A stretch of DNA of 64,000 bases from Bacteroidota bacterium (GCA_016717325.1 JADKFV010000054.1:8788-72787), one strand, 5' to 3'; positions 1 through 11,181 are shown, counted from the stretch's first letter. The notes: generated from the letters alone by a model not told the origin. Numbers and translations: made by a program.

Positions 1-297
1 CACATCGCTGCTTACCTGTCCATTGCCCGATACTTTGAGTTCGGTAAGATTTTTAACACCTACTTCAACCACATTGGCCACAGGGCTCGACACAGTGAGC
101 ACATTGTTATTTACAGTAAAAATGCTCGATATATCGTTGGCCGTAGCAGTAATGGTATACGATTGCGAAGGCACCAGTTTTATGTTTGCAGTGCTGCTGA
201 TAGAAATTTTATCGAACGGCTCTATTTGTATAGTTTGCTGCCCCTTTGCCATTATCTGCAACATTATTAAGGCGGCCAAAAAGCTAATCTTCTTCAT
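1..297 (-). CDS. Secreted head-GIN/DUF2807-like protein, 5' part only (runs off the window edge)
   Basis: Not in the ORF track. Open frame from ATG at 297 to base 1: MKKISFLAALIMLQIMAKGQQTIQIEPFDKISISSTANIKLVPSQSY...VKNLTELKVSGNGQVSSDV. Signal peptide, then the 'FDKISIS...I.L' start and 'L..SG.G.V' repeat typical of DUF2807. Confidence 0.6.
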   Translation of the reverse strand, partial: MKKISFLAALIMLQIMAKGQQTIQIEPFDKISISSTANIKLVPSQSYTITATANDISSIFTVNNNVLTVSSPVANVVEVGVKNLTELKVSGNGQVSSDV

Positions 298-388
298 AAG
301 TATATTTTTGTATTATTTAATTGTAAGTATGACAATGATACAAAGTAAAAAGTTACAAGGCATAGTTTTAATTATTTTGAAAAACATA

Positions 389-1027
389 TTACAATATTTT
401 TCGTAGTATTTCATTCACTTCACCGGCTTTGTTCATAAGCATAAAATGGCCACCATTTTTAATTACAAAATCTGCTTTTATATTTTGGATGGGGAATATT
501 CTGTCGCTACTTCCATGTATGTGTATCACATTGTCCGGGTAAGTTTCATTTTGCCAATGAATAATTTTATCAATACTCCATTTCAAATAAGCAGCATCGA
601 TATTTGTTACATAACTATTTATAAGCCTTTGCTCATCGCTGCTTGTTACACCAAACATAAAGCTGGCTGTGGTTTTCATTTTTTGCATCCAGGTAAGGGG
701 AAAATATTTGTGTGCAGGAATTTTCTGCAGTGCTTTCATGTAAGTGGGTTTTTCGTATTGCGTTTTTATGGTCGATAGTAAAATTATTTTTTGAGGCTTA
801 TAAACTTTCGAAATTTCAATAGCCACCATACCACCAAATGATAAGCCCATTAACATAAATGGTTTACCCGTATCTATTGTTGCTGCCATGCGCAAAGCAT
901 ATTGCTGCAGCGATTGGCTTGTTATAACCGGCAGCCATGGCAAGTGTACCACCGTGTGCTGTGCAAAGTAGGTATGACAAAAAACTTTTTCATCGGCACC
1001 CAAACCACTTATAACGTATATATGCAT
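389..1027 (-). CDS. Alpha/beta hydrolase
   Basis: 212 aa. Oxyanion motif SGLGAD, nucleophile elbow GLSFGG, HGSSD (Asp), GGHF (His). Confidence 0.85.
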   Translation of the reverse strand: MHIYVISGLGADEKVFCHTYFAQHTVVHLPWLPVITSQSLQQYALRMAATIDTGKPFMLMGLSFGGMVAIEISKVYKPQKIILLSTIKTQYEKPTYMKALQKIPAHKYFPLTWMQKMKTTASFMFGVTSSDEQRLINSYVTNIDAAYLKWSIDKIIHWQNETYPDNVIHIHGSSDRIFPIQNIKADFVIKNGGHFMLMNKAGEVNEILRKIL

Positions 1028-1184
1028 AGTTACATTCTTTTTTAGAAGTGTACACTCAGGTGATGTTTATAAACTTGTTAATAATAAAAGTACACTTACC
1101 CGAATAGCAAATAAGGCAAGATTACTTTTGTTACGAAATTTTTTTTGTAAGTTAATTATATATTTCTAAAGCTTTTTAAAATTC

Positions 1185-1218
1185 AGCCCCCGTTTGTAAG
1201 GTTTCGGGGGCTTTTTTC
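1185..1218 (+). terminator. Intrinsic-terminator-like hairpin
   Basis: AGCCCCCG (1185-1192) / CGGGGGCT (1205-1212) followed by a T run on the + strand. Confidence 0.5.
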
Positions 1219-1272
1219 ATTTTATACATTTGCTATACAGCAATTTCGTTTCAACAATTTATTTTGTGTTCA

Positions 1273-1364
1273 CATGGTTTGTGGGGACACAAACCATGGC
1301 AGGCGAGGACTCACGAATGGTTTGTGGGGACACAAACCATGGCACCAAGGACACAAACCATGGC
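1273..1364. repeat. REP-like palindrome cluster (2 full copies and 1 half copy)
   Basis: CATGGTTTGTG-GGGA-CACAAACCATG at 1273-1298 (11-bp stem). Second copy at 1317-1341. Half copy GGACACAAACCATGGC at 1349-1364. Confidence 0.8.
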
Positions 1365-1373
1365 TGGCGCAGC

Positions 1374-1413
1374 AATGACCAATGACAGAATTAAATGACC
1401 AATGACAAGAATT
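1374..1413. repeat. Heptamer-based direct repeat next to the frr stop codon
   Basis: AATGACC-AATGACA-(A)GAATT occurs twice (1374 and 1394). Confidence 0.7.
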
Positions 1414-1974
1414 TTAAACAGTCATAATTTCTTTTTCCTTAGTTTCCAGGTGCTTGTCCACTTTTATTATGTAGGAATCGGTAAGGTGTTGCACTTTTAA
1501 TGTGGCTTCCTTTTCCACGTCTTCGGGTAGTCCGGCTTTAAGGGCTTTTTTCAATCCTTCGTTGGCATCGCGCCTGGCATTGCGTATTGTTACTTTACAA
1601 TGTTCGCCTTCGGCTTTGGTTTTCTTTACCAAATCTTTTCTACGTTCTTCGGTAAGAGGTGGCACAGCAATGCGAATAACAATACCATCATTTTGTGGGT
1701 TGAGTCCAAGGTTGGCAGCTTGTATAGCTTTTTCAATAGGCACAAGCATCGATTTTTCCCATGGTTGTACAACCAGTGTGCGCGCATCGGTAGTATTTAC
1801 AGTGCCCACTTGATTGAGTGGAGTGTTTGCACCATAGTAATCAACATACAAGCCATCGAGCATTTGTGGCGATGCCTTACCGGCACGAATTTTTGATAAT
1901 TCTGTTTCGAGATGATCGAGTGCATTGTTCATTTCGCCAACGGCATGATCAAATATTTTTTTTACTTCTTCCAT
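1414..1974 (-). CDS. frr: Ribosome recycling factor
   Basis: KIRAGKASP, VDYYG...PLNQV, NPQNDG..IR...PPLTEERRKDLVK, IRNARRDAN. Lies downstream of pyrH. Confidence 0.99.
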   Translation of the reverse strand: MEEVKKIFDHAVGEMNNALDHLETELSKIRAGKASPQMLDGLYVDYYGANTPLNQVGTVNTTDARTLVVQPWEKSMLVPIEKAIQAANLGLNPQNDGIVIRIAVPPLTEERRKDLVKKTKAEGEHCKVTIRNARRDANEGLKKALKAGLPEDVEKEATLKVQHLTDSYIIKVDKHLETKEKEIMTV

Positions 1975-2228
1975 AGTTTATTTTTAGTTTGAGAGGAGGC
2001 AACAGGTGTTGCAATTATATCGCGAATTTGCAATTTGTATTTTTAGTACACAAGATTTTTTTATTGCTCATCTTTGTCTCTTTCCTTATTTTATTGAATA
2101 TAGTTTACTTGAGTTTTTCAATGCTCCAAAAAATAAATCGTTCAATTTGGATTTATTGTTACTTCCATTTTTCGGGTTAACAAGGATTGTAAAACCTAAA
2201 ATCAAGTTTGAGATAATTTTTTTTGAAA

Positions 2229-2936
2229 TTATATAGTAACCAGTGTTCCAATTTTTTCGCCTTGTACCAGATTAAGTAAGTTTCCTTTTTTATTCATATC
2301 GAAAACTATAATGGGGAGTTTATTTTCTTCGCATAAAGTAAATGCTGTCATGTCCATTACTTTGAGGTCGCGGTCGTACACTTCTTTAAATGTTACACTA
2401 TCAAATTTAGTAGCCGTGGCATCTTTTTCGGGGTCGGCAGTGTATATACCATCAACGCGGGTTCCTTTGAGTATCACATCGGCTTCAATTTCAATAGCAC
2501 GCAACGATGCAGCTGTATCGGTTGTAAAATATGGATTGCCTGTACCGGCACCAAAAATTACCACTCGGCCTTTTTCTAAATGACGCACAGCCCTGCGCCT
2601 GATAAATGGCTCGCATATAGCCTCCATCTTAATGGCGCTTTGTAAACGGGTATTGACTTCTATTTGCTCCAATGCCGACTGCAAAGCCATACTATTGATA
2701 ACGGTAGCAAGCATGCCCATATAGTCGCCCTGCACGCGATCCATACCGCTTTCGCTGGCTTGTAATCCTCTAAAAATATTGCCTCCACCAATTACAATGG
2801 CAATTTCAACTCCTGCAGCCTGCACATCTTTTATATCCTGTGCATATTGCGATATACGTTCGGTATCGATTCCAAATTGTTTGTTGCCCATGAGGGCTTC
2901 GCCACTTAGCTTTAGTAGTATGCGTTTGTATTTCAT
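2229..2936 (-). CDS. pyrH: UMP kinase
   Basis: [59 protein letters not shown]. Confidence 0.99.
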   Translation of the reverse strand: MKYKRILLKLSGEALMGNKQFGIDTERISQYAQDIKDVQAAGVEIAIVIGGGNIFRGLQASESGMDRVQGDYMGMLATVINSMALQSALEQIEVNTRLQSAIKMEAICEPFIRRRAVRHLEKGRVVIFGAGTGNPYFTTDTAASLRAIEIEADVILKGTRVDGIYTADPEKDATATKFDSVTFKEVYDRDLKVMDMTAFTLCEENKLPIIVFDMNKKGNLLNLVQGEKIGTLVTI

Positions 2937-3102
2937 ATTGGATTTTTTTTGCGATGGCGAAAGTAGAAATTATTTTTTCATTGGTTTATGAGAATGTGTG
3001 ATGGTTCAAAAAAAATAAAATCTGGGGTTTAAAAACTCTTAATTTATTGAACCACACTAAAATGAAGCCCACTACGTTATGTAAAATCTGTATCTTGCGG
3101 GC

Positions 3103-4395
3103 ATGAAAAAATGTGTATTATTTTATTTTGGATTAATAGCAACGCTGCTTTGGGGAGCATGTAACAAAGCGGACGAAATAGGCAACGGTATTTTACCGGC
3201 CGATGATATTCCCGGATTATTGTTTAGCGACACAGCCAGTATTGTAAGTTTCTGCATTACCGATGACTCTATAAAATCGGGTGGGGTTACCAATAAAACC
3301 TTTCTTACATCGGTAAATCCGGTGGGCGCCCAAAACGATGCTACTTTTGGTACAACCGTTGCCGGACTTTATGCACAAGTTGATCTTAGTAAAACATCGT
3401 TCGATTTTGGCACCAACTTTATTGCCGATAGCTTAGTCCTTACAATGGCTTATAAAGAAGTTTTTGGCGATACCAATTCGCCTGTAACTTTTCATGTATA
3501 TCGCCTCAACGATAAAATAAGCAGCGATTCTATTTATTTTACCAGTAAGGATTACTTCACTTACAATGCACAAGAAATAGGAAGTGCCACAGTAGTGTTA
3601 ACGCCAAAAGACAGCACTGCGGAATTTGGTGTAAAACGTGCACCACATGTAAGAATAGTACTCAACCCCACCTTAACAGCGGAGTTTGCTGCGAAAACCC
3701 AAAGCAATGAATTAAAGATAAACGATGATTTTTTAAATTTCTTTAAAGGAATTTATATCACTGCCGATATACCAACTGCTGCAGGTAGTGGTTTTATTTT
3801 TACCCTCGATTACAAATCAGTAGCATCGCGCATGGCATTATTTTATCACAACGATGCTGGCGACTCCGCAGTATTTGCTTTTCCTTTCAATGACTACAAC
3901 AGGGTAAACAGATTTAAACATGATTATAGTGGAACCGCTATAGCAACACAACTTGCCGATTCAACAACCGGAAACGAATATTCTTATTTACAATCGCTTG
4001 GTGGTTTGCAAACAAAAATAAAATTGCCTAATTTAAAAGATTATAATCTTACAAATAAAAGAGCAATCAATAAAGCACAACTAATAATTCAGGCCGACAA
4101 TAGCGAGGTGACAAAATATACTGCACATAAAACCATTTCGGTATTTACTGCCAATGGAAGCAATCAGATAACAGACAAGTTTAGAATATTACCCATGGCT
4201 TATGATAGTGTAAAGTCGCAATACATAGCCGATATAACAGTGTATGCACAGCAAGCGCTCACGGGTAAGTATGACGACCTTGGTCTTATTTTAAAAGCTA
4301 ATGGAGCATTGGTAAATGCATACCGCACACGTTTGTTTGGAAATAGTCCAATAGACAAGCGCATGAAATTGAAATTGTATTTTACCGAGTATTAA
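3103..4395 (+). CDS. DUF4270-family lipoprotein
   Basis: Lipobox-type signal (LLWGAC), G...D..FG...A..YAQ, DSLVL, YLQSLGG...KI, C-terminal KLKLYFT. Confidence 0.8.
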   Translation: MKKCVLFYFGLIATLLWGACNKADEIGNGILPADDIPGLLFSDTASIVSFCITDDSIKSGGVTNKTFLTSVNPVGAQNDATFGTTVAGLYAQVDLSKTSFDFGTNFIADSLVLTMAYKEVFGDTNSPVTFHVYRLNDKISSDSIYFTSKDYFTYNAQEIGSATVVLTPKDSTAEFGVKRAPHVRIVLNPTLTAEFAAKTQSNELKINDDFLNFFKGIYITADIPTAAGSGFIFTLDYKSVASRMALFYHNDAGDSAVFAFPFNDYNRVNRFKHDYSGTAIATQLADSTTGNEYSYLQSLGGLQTKIKLPNLKDYNLTNKRAINKAQLIIQADNSEVTKYTAHKTISVFTANGSNQITDKFRILPMAYDSVKSQYIADITVYAQQALTGKYDDLGLILKANGALVNAYRTRLFGNSPIDKRMKLKLYFTEY

Positions 4396-4474
4396 TTTTT
4401 TCTGATATCTGTAAGTGTATACTATTGTAAATTTAACAGCGTTAGAAACTTACATTTAAAATACCCGCATCAAC

Positions 4475-6814
4475 ATGGTCAAGACATTACTCACTGGTAC
4501 GCTATTGCTAATAACCCTGACGTGCTTTGGTCAACAAAAAATTGGACAATGGCGTGTTCATCTTTCATATAACCAAACAAAAGCGATAACGGTTTCGCCC
4601 ACAAAAATTTATGTTGGGGCTAACGATGCTGTATTTTATTATGATAAGGAAAACAATGAAATAAAAACATTGTCGAAAGTGGAAGGTCTTTCATCGATTG
4701 GAATAAATACACTGAAGTATAATGATTACAACAAATGTTTGCTTATAGCATACAGCGATGCCAATATCGATTTGCTGAAAGGTAAAACCATAATAAACAT
4801 ATCCGACATAAAACGAAAAAACATAATTGGCGGCAAAAACATAAATAATATTCACTTCAAAAACGAGTTTGCTTATGTATCGTGCAGCTTTGGAATAGTA
4901 GTAATAAATACTGATAGAAACGAAGTAAAAGAAACGTATACCCTGGGCATTACAAATTCAAATATAAAAATATGGAGTTGCACTACCGATGATAATTATA
5001 TTTATGCTGCCTCCGATTCGGGCGTTTATCGTGCAACGCTTACCGATCCTTTTATTGTAAATCCCACTGCATGGCAAAAAGTATTTGCAATAAAGCCCGG
5101 CAGTGGTGGGGTAAAATATATTACCAATTTCAACAATAAAATATTTGCTAATCAGGTACAAACAACCACCCTCGATTCGCTATACATAATGGATATTGCC
5201 ACACAACAATGGAGTGGATTTGCAATAGGGGCAAACGAAACACAAACAAAATTGAGCATGCAAAGCAGTGGCGATGTGCTTACGCTTACAAGTTTATATT
5301 TTGTACATACTATTGATAAAAATTTCAATGTCACCACCTACAACAACACAAATATTGCATTCACCACTGCCAACGATGCCGCAGAAAACAATGGTAATAT
5401 TTGGATTGCCGATGCCAATAAAGGGCTGATAAAATACACTCCTCAGCAAGGCAGCGAAATAATTGTGCCTTCGGGTCCGCGGTCGAATAAAGTTGCGCTC
5501 ATTGATGGTTCGGAAAATAATATTTGGATTGGACATGGCCCGCGTTTCAACAACTGGGCACCTGCTGGTGTGGTTGATGGCTTTGCAAAATTTGATAACA
5601 CACAATGGACAACATTTCATGGCAATGCACCCGGCAATAGTTTTTCGCTCGATACTGTAGAAGATTTGATTTGCATTGCTGCCGACCCTTCCAATAAAAA
5701 TCATGTGTACTTTGGTTCATGGGGTCGTGGTTTAGTGGAGTATGATAATGGCACCATCAAATTGTATAACGATGCCAATAGCCCCATTAAAGTGCAACAG
5801 TTTATTGCCAACTACAGGCACTTACGAATTGGAGGTTTAGCACTCGATCAAAATACTAATTTGTGGATGACAAACACATTATCGGATTCGGGATTGATTG
5901 TAAAAAAGAATGATGGTACGTGGAAAAAATTTTATGTCCCGTTATTATCAGGAGGAGATTATGTAACAGATATTATTGCCGATGACTATAATCAACTGTG
6001 GATAAATGTGCCCATAAGCGGAGCAAACAATACCGGCATTTTGGTTTATAATCATAATGGCACTATCGATAATGTGAGCGATGACAGAGTGCGTTTGCTT
6101 AGCGATGAAGAAGGCAAAGGACAATTGCCAAGTAAAGCTGTGCGTTGCATGGCACGCGATCAGGATGGGCTTATATGGGCAGGTACCGAAAAAGGAGTTG
6201 GTGTTTTTTATTCTCCATCTTCGGTCTTCAGTGGTGGCAATTACGATGCACAACAAATATTAATTGTGCAGGAAACTTACAACTTGTACTTGCTCGATAA
6301 AGAAGTAGTGCAGGCCATAAATATAGATGGTGCTAACCGCAAATGGTTTGGTACACAAAGTGGCGGAGCCTTTCTTACATCGCCCGATGGAGTAAATCAG
6401 GTTTTGAATTTTAATGAAACCAACAGCCCTTTGTTGTCGAATAATATTTACAGCATAAAAGTAAACGATGCAACGGGCGAAGTGTTTTTCTCTACCGATA
6501 GAGGATTAATATCTTATCAGGGCGATGCTACTCAAGGTTCGGCAGCGTGCGAAAACGTGCTCGTATATCCAAACCCTGTTCGCGAAAACTATGAAGGACC
6601 AATCGCAATTCGTGGATTAGTAAATAATGGCAATGTGAAAATAACTGATGTAAGTGGTAATCTGGTTTTCGAAACACAGTCGCTTGGTGGGCAAGCTATT
6701 TGGTATGGAAAAAATTTGAAAGGCGAAAAAGTTTATACCGGAGTTTATCTTTTGTTTTGCAGCGATGCCGATGGCACAAACACATGTATAACCAAATTGC
6801 TATTTGTGCGTTAA
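4475..6814 (+). CDS. porZ: T9SS component PorZ (beta-propellers plus CTD)
   Basis: IGQWRVHLSY N-terminus, propeller repeats (DGANRKWFGT, GEVFFSTDRGLISY), CTD YPNPVRENYEGPIAIRGL...GGQAIW. Directly upstream of recO, as is usual in Bacteroidota. Confidence 0.9.
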   Translation: MVKTLLTGTLLLITLTCFGQQKIGQWRVHLSYNQTKAITVSPTKIYVGANDAVFYYDKENNEIKTLSKVEGLSSIGINTLKYNDYNKCLLIAYSDANIDLLKGKTIINISDIKRKNIIGGKNINNIHFKNEFAYVSCSFGIVVINTDRNEVKETYTLGITNSNIKIWSCTTDDNYIYAASDSGVYRATLTDPFIVNPTAWQKVFAIKPGSGGVKYITNFNNKIFANQVQTTTLDSLYIMDIATQQWSGFAIGANETQTKLSMQSSGDVLTLTSLYFVHTIDKNFNVTTYNNTNIAFTTANDAAENNGNIWIADANKGLIKYTPQQGSEIIVPSGPRSNKVALIDGSENNIWIGHGPRFNNWAPAGVVDGFAKFDNTQWTTFHGNAPGNSFSLDTVEDLICIAADPSNKNHVYFGSWGRGLVEYDNGTIKLYNDANSPIKVQQFIANYRHLRIGGLALDQNTNLWMTNTLSDSGLIVKKNDGTWKKFYVPLLSGGDYVTDIIADDYNQLWINVPISGANNTGILVYNHNGTIDNVSDDRVRLLSDEEGKGQLPSKAVRCMARDQDGLIWAGTEKGVGVFYSPSSVFSGGNYDAQQILIVQETYNLYLLDKEVVQAINIDGANRKWFGTQSGGAFLTSPDGVNQVLNFNETNSPLLSNNIYSIKVNDATGEVFFSTDRGLISYQGDATQGSAACENVLVYPNPVRENYEGPIAIRGLVNNGNVKITDVSGNLVFETQSLGGQAIWYGKNLKGEKVYTGVYLLFCSDADGTNTCITKLLFVR

Positions 6815-6846
6815 AAATAAAAACAGAATAATTCCTATCTTTTGAT

Positions 6847-7572
6847 TTGCAAATTTCGACACAAGGCATAGTACTGCAAACAGTAAATTATAGCGACACT
6901 GCTGTTATTGCAAAAATATTTACCCTCCATCATGGGTTAGTTTCGTTTATGGTAAAAGGAGTGCGGAAAAAAAATGCACGCTTTGCAGCAAATTTATTTT
7001 CTCCGTGTTCGATATTATCCATGAATTATTTATTCAAAGTGAATAAAAATTTACAATTCGTAAATGAAATATCATGCGATGTACCTCTCACAAATTTACA
7101 ATCGAATCCACTGAAAAGTTGTATTGCTTTTTTTATGGCAGAGGTTTGCGTCAAGTCTATTAAAGAACAAGAGCAGGATGAATTATTATTTGATTGTATA
7201 AGGCATTTTATTGAGTTACTCAACGACACAGAAGAAAGCATAAAACAATTTCATCATTATTTTTTGTTGCAGCTTGCCAATAAATTAGGTTTCGGGCCAC
7301 AAGGCATTTACGATGATATGCACACGGTTTTCGATTTGCGTGAAGGTATCTTTCAATCTTCTTATCCGGTATATCCTGAATTTGTAATTAACCGCACTGC
7401 ACAATTAATTTCGCTTTTTACAAATAGTACTTTTGAAAACAGCATAAGTATAACTGCAACAAAAGCTGAACGCAATTCGTTACTGGCGACCCTGCTTTTT
7501 TATTTCGATTTACATGTATTGCATGGAAGCAAAATAAAATCGACCGATGTGTTGAGCGAAATGATGGCTTAA
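6847..7572 (+). CDS. recO: DNA repair protein RecO
   Basis: TQGIVL...YSDTAVIAKIFT..HG..SFMVKGVRK OB-fold. C-terminal YF.LH...KIKS.DVL.E. Confidence 0.93.
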   Translation: MQISTQGIVLQTVNYSDTAVIAKIFTLHHGLVSFMVKGVRKKNARFAANLFSPCSILSMNYLFKVNKNLQFVNEISCDVPLTNLQSNPLKSCIAFFMAEVCVKSIKEQEQDELLFDCIRHFIELLNDTEESIKQFHHYFLLQLANKLGFGPQGIYDDMHTVFDLREGIFQSSYPVYPEFVINRTAQLISLFTNSTFENSISITATKAERNSLLATLLFYFDLHVLHGSKIKSTDVLSEMMA

Positions 7573-7576
7573 ATTA

Positions 7577-8206
7577 TTAGTTATTTTCTACATCGGTAAC
7601 CCCTCCCGAAATAATAAATTTCATCATCTCGGTTCCCGATGCATTTATGGGCGAAATATTTGCTACCGGCACTATTACCAATTGACCATTAAAGCCATAA
7701 GAGAAAGGCAAGTAAACAGCTACCTTTCCCTGAGGTATTCCCAAAAAGCCTAAATCATCTTGTGTAACAAACCCTATGCGCTGCACTTGAGCTTCTTTAT
7801 CAACCATTACCAACACAGGATGATTGAATCTCTTTTTTTCGCCAACAAATGCTGCTATCAAATCTTTTATTGACGTGTAAACTATTTTTAACAAAGGAGT
7901 ACTTTCAAAAAAATTGTCTATGTAATAAAGCACCGGATTGCGAACAAAACGTGTAGTGATATAACCAAGGATGATAACGCCAAGCATTATGGACAAAATT
8001 CCCAAACCTGGCAGCTCGAAAGTGTAATCATCACTTAGTTTAATGGGAATGTGAAAAGGCAGCAGCCCATCAATCCAGCGTATGGCATTAAAAAAAATAA
8101 TTATGGTTAAAGCAACCGGCACTGTTACCAATGCGCCTTGCATAAAAAACGTAAATAAACTTCTGAATACTTTCTTCATTAGAGTGATTAATCTGTTGTA
8201 GTGCAA
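7577..8206 (-). CDS. DUF502-family membrane protein
   Basis: F.QG.L..VP...T, PGLG, TPL.K.VY.S.KDL..AF, VAVYLP.SY.F.G...IVP, MKFIISGG. Confidence 0.88.
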   Translation of the reverse strand: MHYNRLITLMKKVFRSLFTFFMQGALVTVPVALTIIIFFNAIRWIDGLLPFHIPIKLSDDYTFELPGLGILSIMLGVIILGYITTRFVRNPVLYYIDNFFESTPLLKIVYTSIKDLIAAFVGEKKRFNHPVLVMVDKEAQVQRIGFVTQDDLGFLGIPQGKVAVYLPFSYGFNGQLVIVPVANISPINASGTEMMKFIISGGVTDVENN

Positions 8207-8257
8207 AAGTAACTATACCAAATCATGTTGAGCTATTAATTATATTTTGCTCCCGAT

Positions 8258-8614
8258 TTATTTTAAGCCTTCATATTCAAGCTTCACTTTTTTGGGGAGG
8301 TCATTTACTATCAAATCATACGAATCATCAATCCATTTCCTTATTAAAACATCCGTTAAACCCTGCGCCATATCAATAGTATTCCAATGCTTTTTATTCA
8401 TGTGATAGCCGGGCTGCACGGCATCATACTTTTCGCGCAAATCTATGGCGGTTTCAGGATCACATTTTACATTTATTTTTTCGGGCTCGCTTAAGCTCGT
8501 GAGTAAAAACATTTTGCCCATCACCTTAAACACTAATGTGTCGCTATCGAAAGGAAATGATTCTGTTACCCCTCTCTTATTCATACAATAATTTCTAATC
8601 AATTCTATATTCAT
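8258..8614 (-). CDS. MmcQ/YjbR-family protein
   Basis: ESFPF..DTLVFKVMGKMF, NVKCDP, PGYHMNKKHWNT, IDDSYDL. Confidence 0.92.
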   Translation of the reverse strand: MNIELIRNYCMNKRGVTESFPFDSDTLVFKVMGKMFLLTSLSEPEKINVKCDPETAIDLREKYDAVQPGYHMNKKHWNTIDMAQGLTDVLIRKWIDDSYDLIVNDLPKKVKLEYEGLK

Positions 8615-9898
8615 TCTTCTATCGTGTGTTTAATAAATTTAATTTCTTTTACAACATAAATCCCAAAGCAGCCTTTATCTACTTTATAAACAACCTTTTT
8701 CCATTGTTTCCAGGCATCGTCATACTTCATTCTACGCACAAAATAATAATTATCGAAGAGTCCCTTTTTTATACTCTACAATAGCCCTCCACTTATCAGG
8801 GTCGGGAGGCGTATTGATTGTCACTTTCATAACCTCCAACTGTATAGATTTTGGCTCATTAAGTGTTATGTTGCTATTGAGAAATAAAGCCAACATCATT
8901 AAAGGCATACCCAAAACGGTTATACAAACAAAAGCAAGATTAAATTTATTTGAAATCGATTGATAGCCCATAGTTGCATTAATGAAGTAATAAAAACTTA
9001 GCCCTAAAGCCACAACTATCAAGATAGTATTTGTAATAGAAATAAGTTGATGGTCGAGCAAATACATAAAAGGCACCCAACCACAAACAGCAAAAAAACC
9101 GCACAACAAAAAAGGTAAAACATAATTTGAAGGTTCAAAACTTCTTGCTTCAAGGGAAATGTTTTTCGGTTTTGTTTGCACTTCCTGTTGCCTGCCAATT
9201 GCATTGTGGTGATAATAATTCCCGCCAGCATTCATTGGGTTTTGGTTTAATAAATTGCAAAGGGCATCATACAACTCGGGGTAAGTCTGCATTAATTTTT
9301 GCGGAACTTCGAAAAAATATTCTACGCATACGGCAAAAAACTCATGAGGGTTTGTTCCTGCATACTCGCGTAAAAATGATTCGGCTCCTGAATTTTGCAT
9401 TTTTAAAAAAATTTCATTCCCAACTTTTTCCCATTCCTGTGTAAGATTTTGCAAATGCATGTCAAACTGCTTAGTAGTGTCGATACATAATTTGTACACA
9501 TGAGCGAACTCATGTAGTCCTAAATTGTAATTGTCGTCAGGGTGTAAGTATCCTTCATAAAAATTATCCCATGATATCATTACTAATCCGCTTTTAAAAG
9601 TTCCTCCTTTCATGTAAAGTTGAGATCGTGGTGCATAAAACACTCCGGGAGTTACAACTATTCGCGAAAAATTATGCATATCAAATTCTTCGAGCCCAAA
9701 TGTGATTTGTGTTAACGGGCAACATAAAAGATATTTAACTTCATCAGTCATTTCGAAACCATCTATACCAGCAAATTCAAAATTTGATGCAAAGTATTGT
9801 ACCCTTTGCACAAATTTTATCCGATTATTAACATCGAGCTTCTTATAATAAATTATTATAGGTTCTATTACCTGATGAATGTAATCATGTTCATGCAT
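8611..9898 (-). CDS. MtfA-like zinc peptidase (M90) with a C-terminal membrane extension; probable +1 indel near 8764
   Basis: NLGLHEFAH zinc motif, YAGTNPHEFFAVCVEYFFE, then three hydrophobic segments. After YKKG, a shifted frame continues for 50 codons (GLFDNYYF...KHTIEE) to a TGA at 8611-8613 that overlaps the next ATG (ATGA). Confidence 0.8.
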
Positions 9899-9910
9899 AA
9901 ACTTTTCAGG

Positions 9911-11151
9911 TTAGTTTATTTGATTAGCAAACAAGGTTACAAGTTTAAATAAATCCTCATATTCGGTGAGCGGTAATGTTTTGGCAATATCGTAAACATC
10001 GTGGTAAGCTTTTATTCCCCCAAGTGTATAAATAAAAAAGGAAGGCACCCCTTTTTCGGTAAACCAATAATGATCACTGTTGGCAGCCTTGCCTCGTTTA
10101 TCTACCTTGGTCAGTAAATTATTATCATTATTAATAGTAACCATTGCTGTATACGCTTCACTAAACTCGGTAGCATTTACCACCATAATTCCTTCGTCAC
10201 CCGTGCCCATTAAATCGAAATTCAACAAAAACTTAATTCTATTTAATTCAAATAAAGGGTTTTCGGTGTAATACCGTGAACCTATTAATCCGGCCTCTTC
10301 GCCTGCAAAAGCTATAAACACTAAGGTATATTTTGGTTTGTGCTTTGAATAGTGCTTGGCTAAGTTCAGTAGAAAGCTAATGCCACTTGCGTTATCATTT
10401 GCTCCCGGGAAAATGGTTTTCTTTCCCATCATGCCTAAATGATCATAATGCCCGGTGTACACAACGAAACTATCTTTTACTTCACCTTCAATAAACCCAA
10501 TAACATTTTGGCTTTTGTGATTTGGTAATATCAAGGCATCAATATTTACTTTTAATGTTTTAGAGTTTTTGTTAAAACTTTGCTTCAATACCGAAACTGA
10601 AAATTTATTTTTTTGACTGGTTGATACACTCCACGTCAGCTTTTTTTCTTCTAAATAGATGAAACCAATATTGCTGTGATTTTCGTTTACATATGCTCGC
10701 ACCACTTTCTTTAAACTGTCGCTGAATAATGAAAGGTCAATTAGCACAATCTTATTATCGAGTTTTGATTTTTTATACCAATCATCAACTGTCAACAACT
10801 CCACTATTTCAAAAGTGCCTGTTATAGCGGGGCAGGCAGGATCAACAATAAACTCGATGCCGGGAATTCGTGATACCCCATCGGCTACAATTGCCATTTT
10901 CCCCGGAAAAGTGTTTACGGGAAAGCTAAAGTCTTGATTATAGCTTCTGCCAAATGGCTTTAATTCAAATTTTAAAAATTCTTTGGAAATGAATGTGGCT
11001 GCAACATGTTCACCATTTTTGACATAACCCCTACCGGCATATTTTTTGAGGTTAACGTCTCTATTACACTTTTCGCGTAATTTATATCCTGAGCAACAAT
11101 GTTTGTTGTGTAACACAACACTGCAAAATAAAATGTATAAATACTTTTCAT
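9911..11151 (-). CDS. M28-family aminopeptidase; probable missing A at 11042-11047
   Basis: GHYDHLG, PGANDNASG, FAGEEAGLIGS, NSDH, YH motifs. A signal-peptide start MKSIYTFYFAVLCYTTNIVAQ at 11151 joins KYAGRGY if one A is added to the A6 run. Confidence 0.88.
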
Positions 11152-11181
11152 GCCTTCGTTTTAGAAAGGGTGAAAATAAGC

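Noticed and set aside
23-406. 127-aa + strand ORF
   Set aside because: It is the mirror of the minus-strand signal-peptide gene starting at 297.
1273-1364. Possible mini CRISPR array
   Set aside because: Only 2.5 palindromic units, with spacers under 20 bp and unequal in length. No cas genes in the window.
1989-2236. Small + strand ORFs between frr and pyrH
   Set aside because: Low-complexity AT-rich intergenic sequence, antisense to the operon, with no motif support.
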